Assembly (NCBI GenBank): GCA_949296475.1
Contig: CASFOK010000018.1
Span: 1-62,632, forward strand
Direction of reading: 5' to 3'
Source of the DNA: an uncultured Pseudomonadota bacterium
Lineage (GTDB): Bacteria; Pseudomonadota; Alphaproteobacteria; Rs-D84
DNA length: 62,632 bases
Below are positions 19,968 to 27,922 of this stretch, piece by piece; the first letter of the stretch is position 1, and every line of letters starts with the position of its first letter. The notes beneath the pieces were generated by a model. It worked only from the letters and a program-made list of their open reading frames with translations. It was not told the DNA's origin and did no database searches. The translations under genes were made by a program, and so were the position numbers.

Positions 19968-20738
19968 ATGAACATGAAATACACATCTTTTTTTGCCGGA
20001 ATCTTTGCGGTTATTTCGTTGCCGGTGTTCGCCGATAATAATGCAGAGCAATTTAAGGCAGAGGTTTTTGAAGGACTTGATTTTATAAGCGTGCGCGAAA
20101 ATATAGATGCGCCGGCACCCGCATACGGTGCACTGGGTTTAGATGTGTATCAGTCATCTGATGCGGTGCAAAACGAAGATATTCAGTTGTTTATACCAAC
20201 GTCTATGTATATGCGTGCGGGGGGCGGAATAAATTTAGGTTTCGCAACAGATAAAGCAAAAATAGGCAACGCAGAATATGAAAGTTCTGGCAGTTGGACG
20301 ACTATGGTTGGATTGGGGTGGAATTTATCCTCTTTTGTGCGTGCGGAAATAGACTTTCAGCAATCTACGTTTGGTTTTTCAGATTTAGATAAAGCGCAGG
20401 CGAATTATGAAAACGTTGGGGGGATGTTGTATTTTGACTTGGCGCGCAGGTATGTGCAAACAGGTGACATAACAAGACGTAGATTTTTTGTGCCTTTCAT
20501 CGGTGTTGGCGCTGCAGCCGGGTATTATGAATTTGACGGCGCCGGTGGTGCAGATGGTTTTGTTATTGCTGCGCCTCAGGCAGTGCTGGGCTTTAATATA
20601 AAACTGAATGATTTGATTGGATTGGATATAATGTATCAATATCAAATGATGATTGAAAACGGTTTTGGTTGGAATACCGGTGCTGATAGCGTTGATAATA
20701 TAAGTAATATCATCGCGTCGTTCAGGGTTAATTTTTAA
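19968..20738 (+). CDS. outer-membrane beta-barrel protein
   Basis: Signal peptide, VPFIGVG, C-terminal RVNF. Confidence 0.8.
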   Translation: MNMKYTSFFAGIFAVISLPVFADNNAEQFKAEVFEGLDFISVRENIDAPAPAYGALGLDVYQSSDAVQNEDIQLFIPTSMYMRAGGGINLGFATDKAKIGNAEYESSGSWTTMVGLGWNLSSFVRAEIDFQQSTFGFSDLDKAQANYENVGGMLYFDLARRYVQTGDITRRRFFVPFIGVGAAAGYYEFDGAGGADGFVIAAPQAVLGFNIKLNDLIGLDIMYQYQMMIENGFGWNTGADSVDNISNIIASFRVNF

Positions 20739-20754
20739 AAGATAAGGTAGTAAA

Positions 20755-21402
20755 ATGAAAAATAAAATATTGTTTATCTTGTTGTGCTTGTTACCAATGG
20801 GGGCAAATGCCGCAATACCTTATCGTGTAGAGCAAATAAATATGCCTGCTGAAGTATCTCAAACCGGTAATGATAACGAGGCGTTTGCCAGTCGGCATCG
20901 TTTTTATGTCGGTGGTACGTATACTTTTTCAATGTGGAATAACGACGCAGATGGTAATTTATTCATTGACGGTAAAAACACTTCTTCATTTGATGCGATG
21001 GTCGGGATAAGAATTTTTGATACTTTTAGACTAGAAGCCGATTATGCGCGCACTGTTGCCGAATGGAATGCGTTTAAGGTGACTGGTGATACAGCGATGT
21101 TGAACGCGATATTTGATGCAAGAATAGATAGTTTATATCGTTTGTTTTATAAACAGCACTTTGTTCCGTACGTTGGTGTTGGTGGCGGGGCATCTTGGAA
21201 TTCTGCAGATGGCGCAAGTGTTGAAAATAAAATCTCGCCTGTGGCAAGTGTTATGGCCGGTTTGGGCGTAGAGTTGGGCGAATATTTTGCATTAGATTTC
21301 GGGTATAGGTATTTATATATATTTGCCCCGAAATTTGATTCTGCGCGTGATTTGGCACCCGTGGCACATCAATTTAGGGTCGGTGCGCGTATAAACTTCT
21401 GA
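20755..21402 (+). CDS. outer-membrane beta-barrel protein (opacity/OmpA-TM-like)
   Basis: RLEADY, VPYVGVGGG, LDFGYRY, C-terminal RINF. Confidence 0.85.
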   Translation: MKNKILFILLCLLPMGANAAIPYRVEQINMPAEVSQTGNDNEAFASRHRFYVGGTYTFSMWNNDADGNLFIDGKNTSSFDAMVGIRIFDTFRLEADYARTVAEWNAFKVTGDTAMLNAIFDARIDSLYRLFYKQHFVPYVGVGGGASWNSADGASVENKISPVASVMAGLGVELGEYFALDFGYRYLYIFAPKFDSARDLAPVAHQFRVGARINF

Positions 21403-21411
21403 TATAATATT

Positions 21412-22335
21412 ATGAAAAAATGTCCGCTTTTTGGTGTTTGTGGTGGCTGTAAATATGATTTTACAGCCTCTGACTATCAAGAAAAGAAAATATCGTTATT
21501 AAAGGGATTTGAATTTACAGATACGCCATTTTGGACAGAAATCGGCACAAGAAGAAGGGCTGATTTCGCGTTTTCAGATGGCGTGTTTGGATTTTATCAG
21601 CATAAGTCAAAAAATATAGTGCCGGTGACAAATTGTCCGTTGTTGTCGCCAGAGATAAACGCTGTTTTGCCAAGTATTTCTAGATTAAAGTGGTCTGGGT
21701 CGGGTTCTTGTTTAATAACGTCTTGTGATAATGGTATAGATATAGCGGTTTCATCCGCAGTGCCTTATTTCACGTCAGAATTTAAAGAATCGGCAAAGCG
21801 TGTCAAAGCAATACGGATTACTTGGAACGGAAAGATTGTGACGCAGACGGCGGTTCCTGTTATTGATTTCGCTGGGGTCAAAGTTGAATATCCTGCTGGT
21901 GCGTTCTTGCAGCCGACTGTGCAAAGCGAAAATTTTATAAGAAACGCAGTTGCAGAAGCCGCGAAGGGGGCAAGTAAAATTGCGGATTTATTTTGTGGCT
22001 TGGGTAATTTTACTTTTGTGTTAAATGCAGAAGGTTTTGATGTGTGCGGTTGCGGGGTTAGACGCGATTTGTTTAAAAGCCCGCTAACTGTCGGCATGTT
22101 GAACAAATACGACTGCGTCGTTATGGATCCGCCACGTGCTGGTGCTCAAACTCAATGCATGGAATTGATTAAAAGTAGCGTCCCAAAAATAATATACATT
22201 TCGTGTAATCCGCACAGTTTCAGAAGAGATGCAAGAATATTGTTCAGTGGCGGATATAAAATTACACGATTACAAGCCATAGACCAGTTTGTTGGCAGTG
22301 AACACTGGGAATTATTTTCCGTTTTTCAGAAATAA
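21412..22335 (+). CDS. rlmD: RNA (uracil-5)-methyltransferase RlmD/TrmA family, compact form
   Basis: CPLFGVCGGC, FLQ, DLFCGLG, DPPRAG, YISCNP, DQF...HWE. Confidence 0.8.
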   Translation: MKKCPLFGVCGGCKYDFTASDYQEKKISLLKGFEFTDTPFWTEIGTRRRADFAFSDGVFGFYQHKSKNIVPVTNCPLLSPEINAVLPSISRLKWSGSGSCLITSCDNGIDIAVSSAVPYFTSEFKESAKRVKAIRITWNGKIVTQTAVPVIDFAGVKVEYPAGAFLQPTVQSENFIRNAVAEAAKGASKIADLFCGLGNFTFVLNAEGFDVCGCGVRRDLFKSPLTVGMLNKYDCVVMDPPRAGAQTQCMELIKSSVPKIIYISCNPHSFRRDARILFSGGYKITRLQAIDQFVGSEHWELFSVFQK

Positions 22336-22346
22336 ACGTTTGTTAT

Positions 22347-22536
22347 AAAAAAACGCCGCCGTTGCCGGCGGTGTTTCCGAATGCCCCGAAAGGAAGGAAA
22401 GGAGAAAAAGAAATTGGGCATTCTAAACTAAATTTTTGGGGTCCAGAGTCCAGAGGAGAGAGAATGTAGGAGGGAGTCTGAATCCCCGAACCCCATGGCG
22501 CTTTCACGCCCGTCGCCAGGGTTTCCCCCTTTGACG
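22347..22536 (-). ncRNA. candidate sRNA with CU-rich anti-Shine-Dalgarno loops
   Basis: TTGACA(22571-66)-17-TACATT(22548-43) promoter; GAAA-tetraloop hairpins; GAATGCCC/GGGCATTC stem with pyrimidine loop; GC hairpin plus T7 terminator. Confidence 0.6.
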
Positions 22537-22621
22537 AATCGAAATGTAATACATTTTGTTTTGTTTGTCAAGTGTTTTTGTCAAAAAAATTTTTTGTGTC
22601 TTTTTTGCGCTTTTTTGTTTT

Positions 22622-22665
22622 AGGAAATGGTCCTTATTGATAAGAATGGTAACCTGTCATAAAAT
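22622..22665 (+). promoter_or_regulatory. promoter with flanking operator-like sites
   Basis: TTGATA(22637)-17-TAAAAT(22660); AGGA-N5-TCCT palindrome 22622-22634 and a related site 22642-22655. Confidence 0.55.
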
Positions 22666-22730
22666 CAACAATAGGTAGAATGTCAATGCGAAATACTTAC
22701 GCTTGACAGTAAAAACCAGAGGAGAGAAAA

Positions 22731-22979
22731 ATGACCCATGAAGATGTATGGCGGGCAATAGAACGCTTTGCAACAGAACACGGAATGTCTTGTTCCGGTT
22801 TGGCGAAATGTAGTGGTTTGGACCCTACTACTTTCAATAAAAGTAAACGCTGGTCCAAAGAAGGACAGCCAAGATGGCCGTCAACAAACAGTATTTCAAA
22901 AATATTGTCTTCTACGGGCGCAAGTATACAAGATTTTACAAAATATATTGATCAGCCGCAAAACCAAGGCAGAGATTGA
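22731..22979 (+). CDS. alphaproteobacterial HTH repressor (HTH domain only)
   Basis: H..VW.AI..FA...GMS.SGLAK.SGLDPTTFNKSKR...RWPST.SI.KIL signature; GAGGAG RBS. Confidence 0.85.
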   Translation: MTHEDVWRAIERFATEHGMSCSGLAKCSGLDPTTFNKSKRWSKEGQPRWPSTNSISKILSSTGASIQDFTKYIDQPQNQGRD

Positions 22980-23071
22980 TATATCGGTTGTTTTGGATAC
23001 TTGAAAACCACGGTTTTTATGTCGTGGTTTTTTTGTTGGACAAAAAACTTATGTTTTATTATCCTAAAAAT

Positions 23072-23491
23072 ATGTTAAATGGCGTACGAATTTTTTCTGG
23101 TGATCCTGTGTGGCGGCATATTTTAACCGAATTGGGCGCAATACTTACAGATGACAGCGATGCTGCTGATATAAATTTTGATGCTTTATGCATCAATTTG
23201 CCTATATCGCCGCTGAAATTGAAATCCATGATATTAAACGAAGCCGATAATAATAACGTGCTGACAAAAATATTTGGACGTATGGTATATTTGTCGCGAC
23301 TGCAAACGCAGATTATCACGCAGTTATATAAATCCGGTGGTATGGATATAAACGAATTGAAGTTGGCATTGGGGTATTTACCTGATACCACAACACATGC
23401 GGTGGAAACCGCCATTTATCAATTACGTAAATCATACGGGTATGATTTCATCAAAAACGATAAAGGAATATATAAACTTGGCAAATTATAA
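23072..23491 (+). CDS. OmpR-type winged-helix protein with degenerate N-terminus
   Basis: THAVETAIYQLRK..GYDFIK..KGIY; ORF-track start 22976 crosses a terminator (23004-23034), so ATG 23072 is preferred. Confidence 0.7.
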   Translation: MLNGVRIFSGDPVWRHILTELGAILTDDSDAADINFDALCINLPISPLKLKSMILNEADNNNVLTKIFGRMVYLSRLQTQIITQLYKSGGMDINELKLALGYLPDTTTHAVETAIYQLRKSYGYDFIKNDKGIYKLGKL

Positions 23492-24179
23492 GGTCATATC
23501 TTTTGATAAAATTTCCAGTACGCAAACATATGCCATTAATATGATTGCTGACGGCAGGGCAGGTGACCATACCGTCATAATGGCAGAGGCACAAACCGCC
23601 GGACGCGGTAGATATAAAAGACAGTGGGTTTCTCATCACGGCAATTTATATGCAAGTTTTATATACCATATAGAAGAAAGAGATCCAAAATTATCTTATG
23701 TGATTGCTGTCGCAATTGCAGAAAGCCTTATCGCTTTTGGTATCCGTCCAGAAATTAAGTGGCCAAACGACATTTTAATAGACGGTAAAAAGGTTTCTGG
23801 TACGTTGACCGAATACGCGGGAAATTTTGTAATCATAGGAATCGGTATAAACATAAAATCAAATCCAACCGTACAAAAATATCAAACGACCAAGTTAGAT
23901 AATTATGCAACAGTATCAAAAAATGATTTGTTGAATTTACTTATGAAAAATCTGGACAAATGGCGCAATGCAGATTTTCTGGAGGTGCGTGATTTATGGA
24001 TGAAACTGGCCGTGGGATTAAACAAGCAGGTAAAGTATCGCGGTGAAATGGTTGAATTAATCGGTATCAATGAACAAGGTGCGTTAATTTTACGTAGCGG
24101 CACAAAATATGTGCTGGCGTATGGCGATGAAATCGTAATGTCAGATTCATATTCGGGCGATTTAAAAATAAGGCCTTGA
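23478..24179 (+). CDS. birA: biotin--[acetyl-CoA-carboxylase] ligase
   Basis: QTAGRGR..R.W, KWPND, KKVSG, GIGIN; TTG start after AAGGA. Confidence 0.92.
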   Translation: MANYKVISFDKISSTQTYAINMIADGRAGDHTVIMAEAQTAGRGRYKRQWVSHHGNLYASFIYHIEERDPKLSYVIAVAIAESLIAFGIRPEIKWPNDILIDGKKVSGTLTEYAGNFVIIGIGINIKSNPTVQKYQTTKLDNYATVSKNDLLNLLMKNLDKWRNADFLEVRDLWMKLAVGLNKQVKYRGEMVELIGINEQGALILRSGTKYVLAYGDEIVMSDSYSGDLKIRP

Positions 24180-24204
24180 CTTTTTATGCAATTTATGATA
24201 CTAT
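24176..24204 (+). promoter_or_regulatory. promoter of virion gene cluster
   Basis: TTGACT-17-TACTAT with extended -10 TG. Confidence 0.6.
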
Positions 24205-24228
24205 ATGAAGCATTAAGAGTGAAATTTT

Positions 24229-24284
24229 ATTCGTAACATCTGTTACGAATTTTTTTATCCCGCGCGTTTTTGCGCGGTTTTTTT
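24229..24284 (+). terminator. two tandem terminator-like hairpins in the cluster leader
   Basis: ATTCGTAACA-TC-TGTTACGAAT plus T-run, then CCGCGC-GTTTTT-GCGCGG plus T-run. Confidence 0.65.
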
Positions 24285-24312
24285 ATTTCTTAATATCAAG
24301 GGTGAAAATATC

Positions 24313-24723
24313 ATGCAATTGTCGTTGATAAAAAAAAGTGACGAAACAAAAGCTGTTGCTTATGCGATTGCTAGGTTGGTGTACGCAGAGACGCGCGCAA
24401 GTTCTTTGCCAGCTGTTGAAGCGTTAACTTCAATGATAAACAACATATCTGTGTCTGCCGGGAAAAATTTTACAGAGATAATTTCTGATTCGGACATGTT
24501 TGAATCGCTGAATAAAGATTCGGACCATCATAAATATTTATCAACCGATGTTTCTAATCGCGGTTTTCAGATGTGCGTACGCGTTGTCAATCGTATGTTG
24601 CATGGTGCTTTACCAGATTCTTGCTGTGGTGCGACAAAATTTCATCGGGTTAACAGATTGCCCGATTGGGCGGTGGCGCGCGGATATATCGCTGATATAG
24701 ACGGTTTATTGTTTTATTTATAA
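24313..24723 (+). CDS. cell wall hydrolase, SleB/Hydrolase_2-like (putative lysin)
   Basis: ARLVYAETRA..., GATKFH...PDWA....IDGLLFY. Confidence 0.7.
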   Translation: MQLSLIKKSDETKAVAYAIARLVYAETRASSLPAVEALTSMINNISVSAGKNFTEIISDSDMFESLNKDSDHHKYLSTDVSNRGFQMCVRVVNRMLHGALPDSCCGATKFHRVNRLPDWAVARGYIADIDGLLFYL

Positions 24724-24733
24724 GAAGGTATCA

Positions 24734-24958
24734 ATGATAAGAAAAATTATTCAGGGCGGTTTTTTATCTGGTCACAGAACTTACATAATTTCTGGCATCG
24801 GCATTTTATCTGCAATCGGTGCATACCTGGTCGGTGACACAGATATATTTACTATGTTACAAGCAATCTTTACATTAGGTGGCATATATTTTTTAAGAAA
24901 ATCTAGTGAAACAAAAGGACGAAAACATGGAAAAAATTCCAGAAAAATTTCTAAATGA
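24734..24958 (+). CDS. putative holin
   Basis: Two short TM segments, G.RTYI motif, basic tail, next to lysin. Confidence 0.55.
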   Translation: MIRKIIQGGFLSGHRTYIISGIGILSAIGAYLVGDTDIFTMLQAIFTLGGIYFLRKSSETKGRKHGKNSRKISK

Positions 24959-25583
24959 AGACGGTACTTTAAATACAGACGCGTTGTTGAAATCTTATTC
25001 AGAACTGGAAAAGAAAATGAGTACGATGATTTCAATACCAACAGAAAATGCAGACGAAGCAACGCGCACAAAATTCAATCGCGCTATTGGCGTACCAGAT
25101 AATGCGAACGCGTATCCTGTCAGCCCGATGTTTGATGATGAAAATTTACGCGCACAATTTTTTGAAATCGGGTTGACTTCGTCACAAGTTGAAAAAATTT
25201 ATAAGATAGCAGAAGAATTTTTATCGCCTGTATTATCAGATTTATTTAGCAAACAAAATGAAACGAATGCGATTACAGAATTGAAAAATTTTTTCGGCGA
25301 CGAAGAAAAAATGATAGACGCATTACGTGCAATAAAATCGTTCGGTGAAAAATATTTACCGTCTGATGCGTTTGATTCGTTATGTTCTTCAGCCCAAGGA
25401 ATCCAAAGCGTTTACAAGATGATGCAATCAATGGAACCAAGTGTACGAACAGAAAAAAATTCATCAGAAATTTTAACAGATGATGTATTAAGAAAGATGA
25501 TGCAAGATCCAAAATACTGGCGCGATCAAGATCCAGAATACGTTCGCAAAATTGAAAACGGTTTTAAAAAGTTATATTCATAG
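24927..25583 (+). CDS. capsid assembly/scaffolding protein
   Basis: IPEKF..DG..N.DAL.KSYSELEKKM and MMQDPKYWRD.DP motifs typical of podovirus scaffolds. Confidence 0.75.
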   Translation: MEKIPEKFLNEDGTLNTDALLKSYSELEKKMSTMISIPTENADEATRTKFNRAIGVPDNANAYPVSPMFDDENLRAQFFEIGLTSSQVEKIYKIAEEFLSPVLSDLFSKQNETNAITELKNFFGDEEKMIDALRAIKSFGEKYLPSDAFDSLCSSAQGIQSVYKMMQSMEPSVRTEKNSSEILTDDVLRKMMQDPKYWRDQDPEYVRKIENGFKKLYS

Positions 25584-25686
25584 AAAAAATTGCACTTTCT
25601 TCTTTACTAATTTTTTTATTTAATATAAAATATAAATCAAGAACAAAAGAATTTGTTCTATCCAAAAAATAATAAAGGAGAGAAGA

Positions 25687-26025
25687 ATGGCATTCACATT
25701 CTTGAAAACGGCTGCAAAAAAACCTGCTGCTAAAAAGCCGGTTGCAAAGCCAGCTGCAAAAAAACCTGCTGCTAAAAAGCCAGCTGCAAAGAAACCTGCT
25801 GCTAAAAAAGTAGCGGCAAAAAAACCGGTTGCAAAAAAAGTAGCTGCAAAGAAACCAGTTGCAAAAAAAGTAGCAGCGAAAAAACCAGTTGCAAAAAAAG
25901 TAGCAGCAAAAAAACCTGTTGCTAAAAAACCAGTTGCAAAAAAAGTTGTTGCAAAAAAAGCGCCTGCTAAAAAAGTAGCGGCAAAAAAGCCAGTTGCTAA
26001 GAAAGCATGTGCAAAGAAAAAATAA
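25687..26025 (+). CDS. histone H1-like basic protein
   Basis: AAGGAG RBS; tandem [15 protein letters not shown] pentapeptides. Confidence 0.85.
   Translation: MAFTFLKTAAKKPAAKKPVAKPAAKKPAAKKPAAKKPAAKKVAAKKPVAKKVAAKKPVAKKVAAKKPVAKKVAAKKPVAKKPVAKKVVAKKAPAKKVAAKKPVAKKACAKKK
25717..26001 (+). repeat. degenerate 15-nt tandem repeat encoding the Lys/Ala pentapeptides
   Basis: AAAAAA-CCN/GTA-GCN/GTT-GCN units. Confidence 0.85.
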
Positions 26026-26029
26026 TAAG

Positions 26030-26234
26030 TCCCCGCATTTGCGGGGATTTTCATTTATTAAATCCGCATTTGCGGATTTTTTTAAAAAATATTTAGTCAG
26101 ATTTTTCAAAACGTCTGACTGAATATTTTTCAAGACAATCCGTTCGTGGACCTTGGATATTTTTGTCGTATGGCGCAAAATCGCATAACCAGAAAACAAA
26201 ATATTAATCAGCGCAATTCATTTGCGTTTTTTTT
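26030..26234 (+). promoter_or_regulatory. hairpin-rich capsid leader with several terminator-like stems
   Basis: Two CCGCATTTGCGG-core hairpins (26030-47, 26060-79), 17-bp stem 26085-26130, GCGCAA/TTGCGT plus T-run before RBS. Confidence 0.55.
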
Positions 26235-26257
26235 AATCAATAAAAAGGAATGTATAT

Positions 26258-27088
26258 ATGTCTGTTTCCATAGATCAAGTCTTCGTAAAACAATTCGAAG
26301 CAGATGTTCATTTGGCTTATCAGCAAATGGGCACAAAATTGCGTGCGACGGTACGCAGCAAATCTGGTGTTGTTGGTGCGTCAACCACATTCCAAAAAGT
26401 TGGTCGTGGTACCGCCAGTACAAAATCGCGTCATGGTATTGTACCTGTTATGAACTTGAATCATGAACCTGTTGAATGCTTGTTGCAAGATTATTATGCA
26501 GGCGATTGGGTAGATGCCTTGGATGAGTTAAAAACAAACGTTGACGAGCGTCGTGTTGTTGCCTCTGCCGGTGCGTATGCATTAGGTCGCAAAACCGATG
26601 AATTAATCATATCCGCAATGAGCAACGCAACAGATTCTGTTGGCGATTATACCACAGGACTGACAAAAGATTTAATCTTGTCTGCCGTTGAAGAATTGAA
26701 TTCAAAGGATGTTCCTGATGATGGCAGAAGATTTGCGGTTGTCGGTGTTCATCAGTGGAACGAACTGTTATCAATGGATGAATTTGTGTCGGCAGATTAC
26801 GTCGGTAATGATTTACCTTTGGTATCTGGCGGGGCTTCTAAAAAATGGTTGGGCATTACATGGGTGTTGCATAATGGTTTGCCTGTATCAGACGACGAAC
26901 GCGATTGCTTTATTTATCACGCAACTAGCATAGGTCATGCTTGCGGGCAAGAAGTAAAAACGGATATTTCTTGGCACGGCGAACGTGCGGCGCACTTTAT
27001 CAGCAACAGTATGTCCCAAGGTGCTGTGTTGATTGATGACGATGGCATCGTACGCATTAAATGTCTGGATAAAGAAGAAACAATTTAA
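26258..27088 (+). CDS. major capsid protein (podovirus/BPP-1-like family)
   Basis: SIDQ.FVKQFEADVHLAYQ.MG.KLR, DYYAGDWVD.LDELK, ALGRKTDELII, VPDDGRRF. Confidence 0.85.
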   Translation: MSVSIDQVFVKQFEADVHLAYQQMGTKLRATVRSKSGVVGASTTFQKVGRGTASTKSRHGIVPVMNLNHEPVECLLQDYYAGDWVDALDELKTNVDERRVVASAGAYALGRKTDELIISAMSNATDSVGDYTTGLTKDLILSAVEELNSKDVPDDGRRFAVVGVHQWNELLSMDEFVSADYVGNDLPLVSGGASKKWLGITWVLHNGLPVSDDERDCFIYHATSIGHACGQEVKTDISWHGERAAHFISNSMSQGAVLIDDDGIVRIKCLDKEETI

Positions 27089-27109
27089 AGATAATCAAAG
27101 GATATTAAT

Positions 27110-27337
27110 ATGGCTTTTCAGAATAAAAACTTATCTGTAATTGCATATGCTAATGGTTTTACATTGTGGCATTATGCGGCAAAAGAAACTTTGGCAACGA
27201 TATCTGCATCTGGATATTTTAATAGTGTAAAGACGTTAATGAACGCAGGCGATGTATTGATTGTAAATGCATCTGATAATACATCTATTAAAAAAATTGC
27301 TGTATCGGAAAATGTGACAGTTGCCGATTTAGTTTAA
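27110..27337 (+). CDS. small capsid-associated (decoration-like) protein
   Basis: Directly after capsid; LSV.AYANGFTLWHY...GYFN motif. Confidence 0.55.
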   Translation: MAFQNKNLSVIAYANGFTLWHYAAKETLATISASGYFNSVKTLMNAGDVLIVNASDNTSIKKIAVSENVTVADLV

Positions 27338-27388
27338 TCATATAAAGGGCGGTTTTATTGCCGCCCATATTTTTAAAGGGGGTATAAG

Positions 27389-27907
27389 ATGCTGACAAAA
27401 ATAGATTTATGTTCTATGGCGTTGTTAAAATTGGGGGAAAAATCTATACAGTCCCTGGTAGACGATACGCCCGCCGCCCAACTAAGTCGTACGTTATTTG
27501 ATCCCGTGGTAGATGCGTTGTTGGCATCGCACCCGTGGCGGTTTGCGTGCAAAGAGTTTAATTTAACGAAAAATTCAGATGGTGATTTTTTGATACCTTC
27601 TGAATGTTTAAGAATCATTAAGTGCAGCGGCGAAATCATCGGTAATAAAATCATCACCGCGTCAGAAAATATAAATATTGTCGCCATTGTTCGCGTTCCC
27701 GTTGAAACGTTCCCGAGTTATTTTGTATCTTTGGCTGCCACAAAATTGGCAATGGAATTTTGTATACCACTAATTGGAGAGCAAACTGTTTTTAGAATGC
27801 TGGCGGCTTTATACGAAACGGAATTACAATCTGCAAAATTCATAGACAGTACAACCACTGTTAACCGTGACATTGATAGTTTTTCTCTGGTTAACGTGCG
27901 TTTTTAA
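27389..27907 (+). CDS. tail tubular protein A / adaptor (T7 gp11-like)
   Basis: IDLCSMAL.KLG...IQSL.D, LL..HPW.FA, FPSYF. Confidence 0.75.
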   Translation: MLTKIDLCSMALLKLGEKSIQSLVDDTPAAQLSRTLFDPVVDALLASHPWRFACKEFNLTKNSDGDFLIPSECLRIIKCSGEIIGNKIITASENINIVAIVRVPVETFPSYFVSLAATKLAMEFCIPLIGEQTVFRMLAALYETELQSAKFIDSTTTVNRDIDSFSLVNVRF

Positions 27908-27922
27908 TTGTGGGGGATTACA

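Noticed and set aside
25564-26199. Phe/Cys-rich and Phe/Ala-rich minus-strand ORFs
   Set aside because: Shadows of the H1-like repeat gene.
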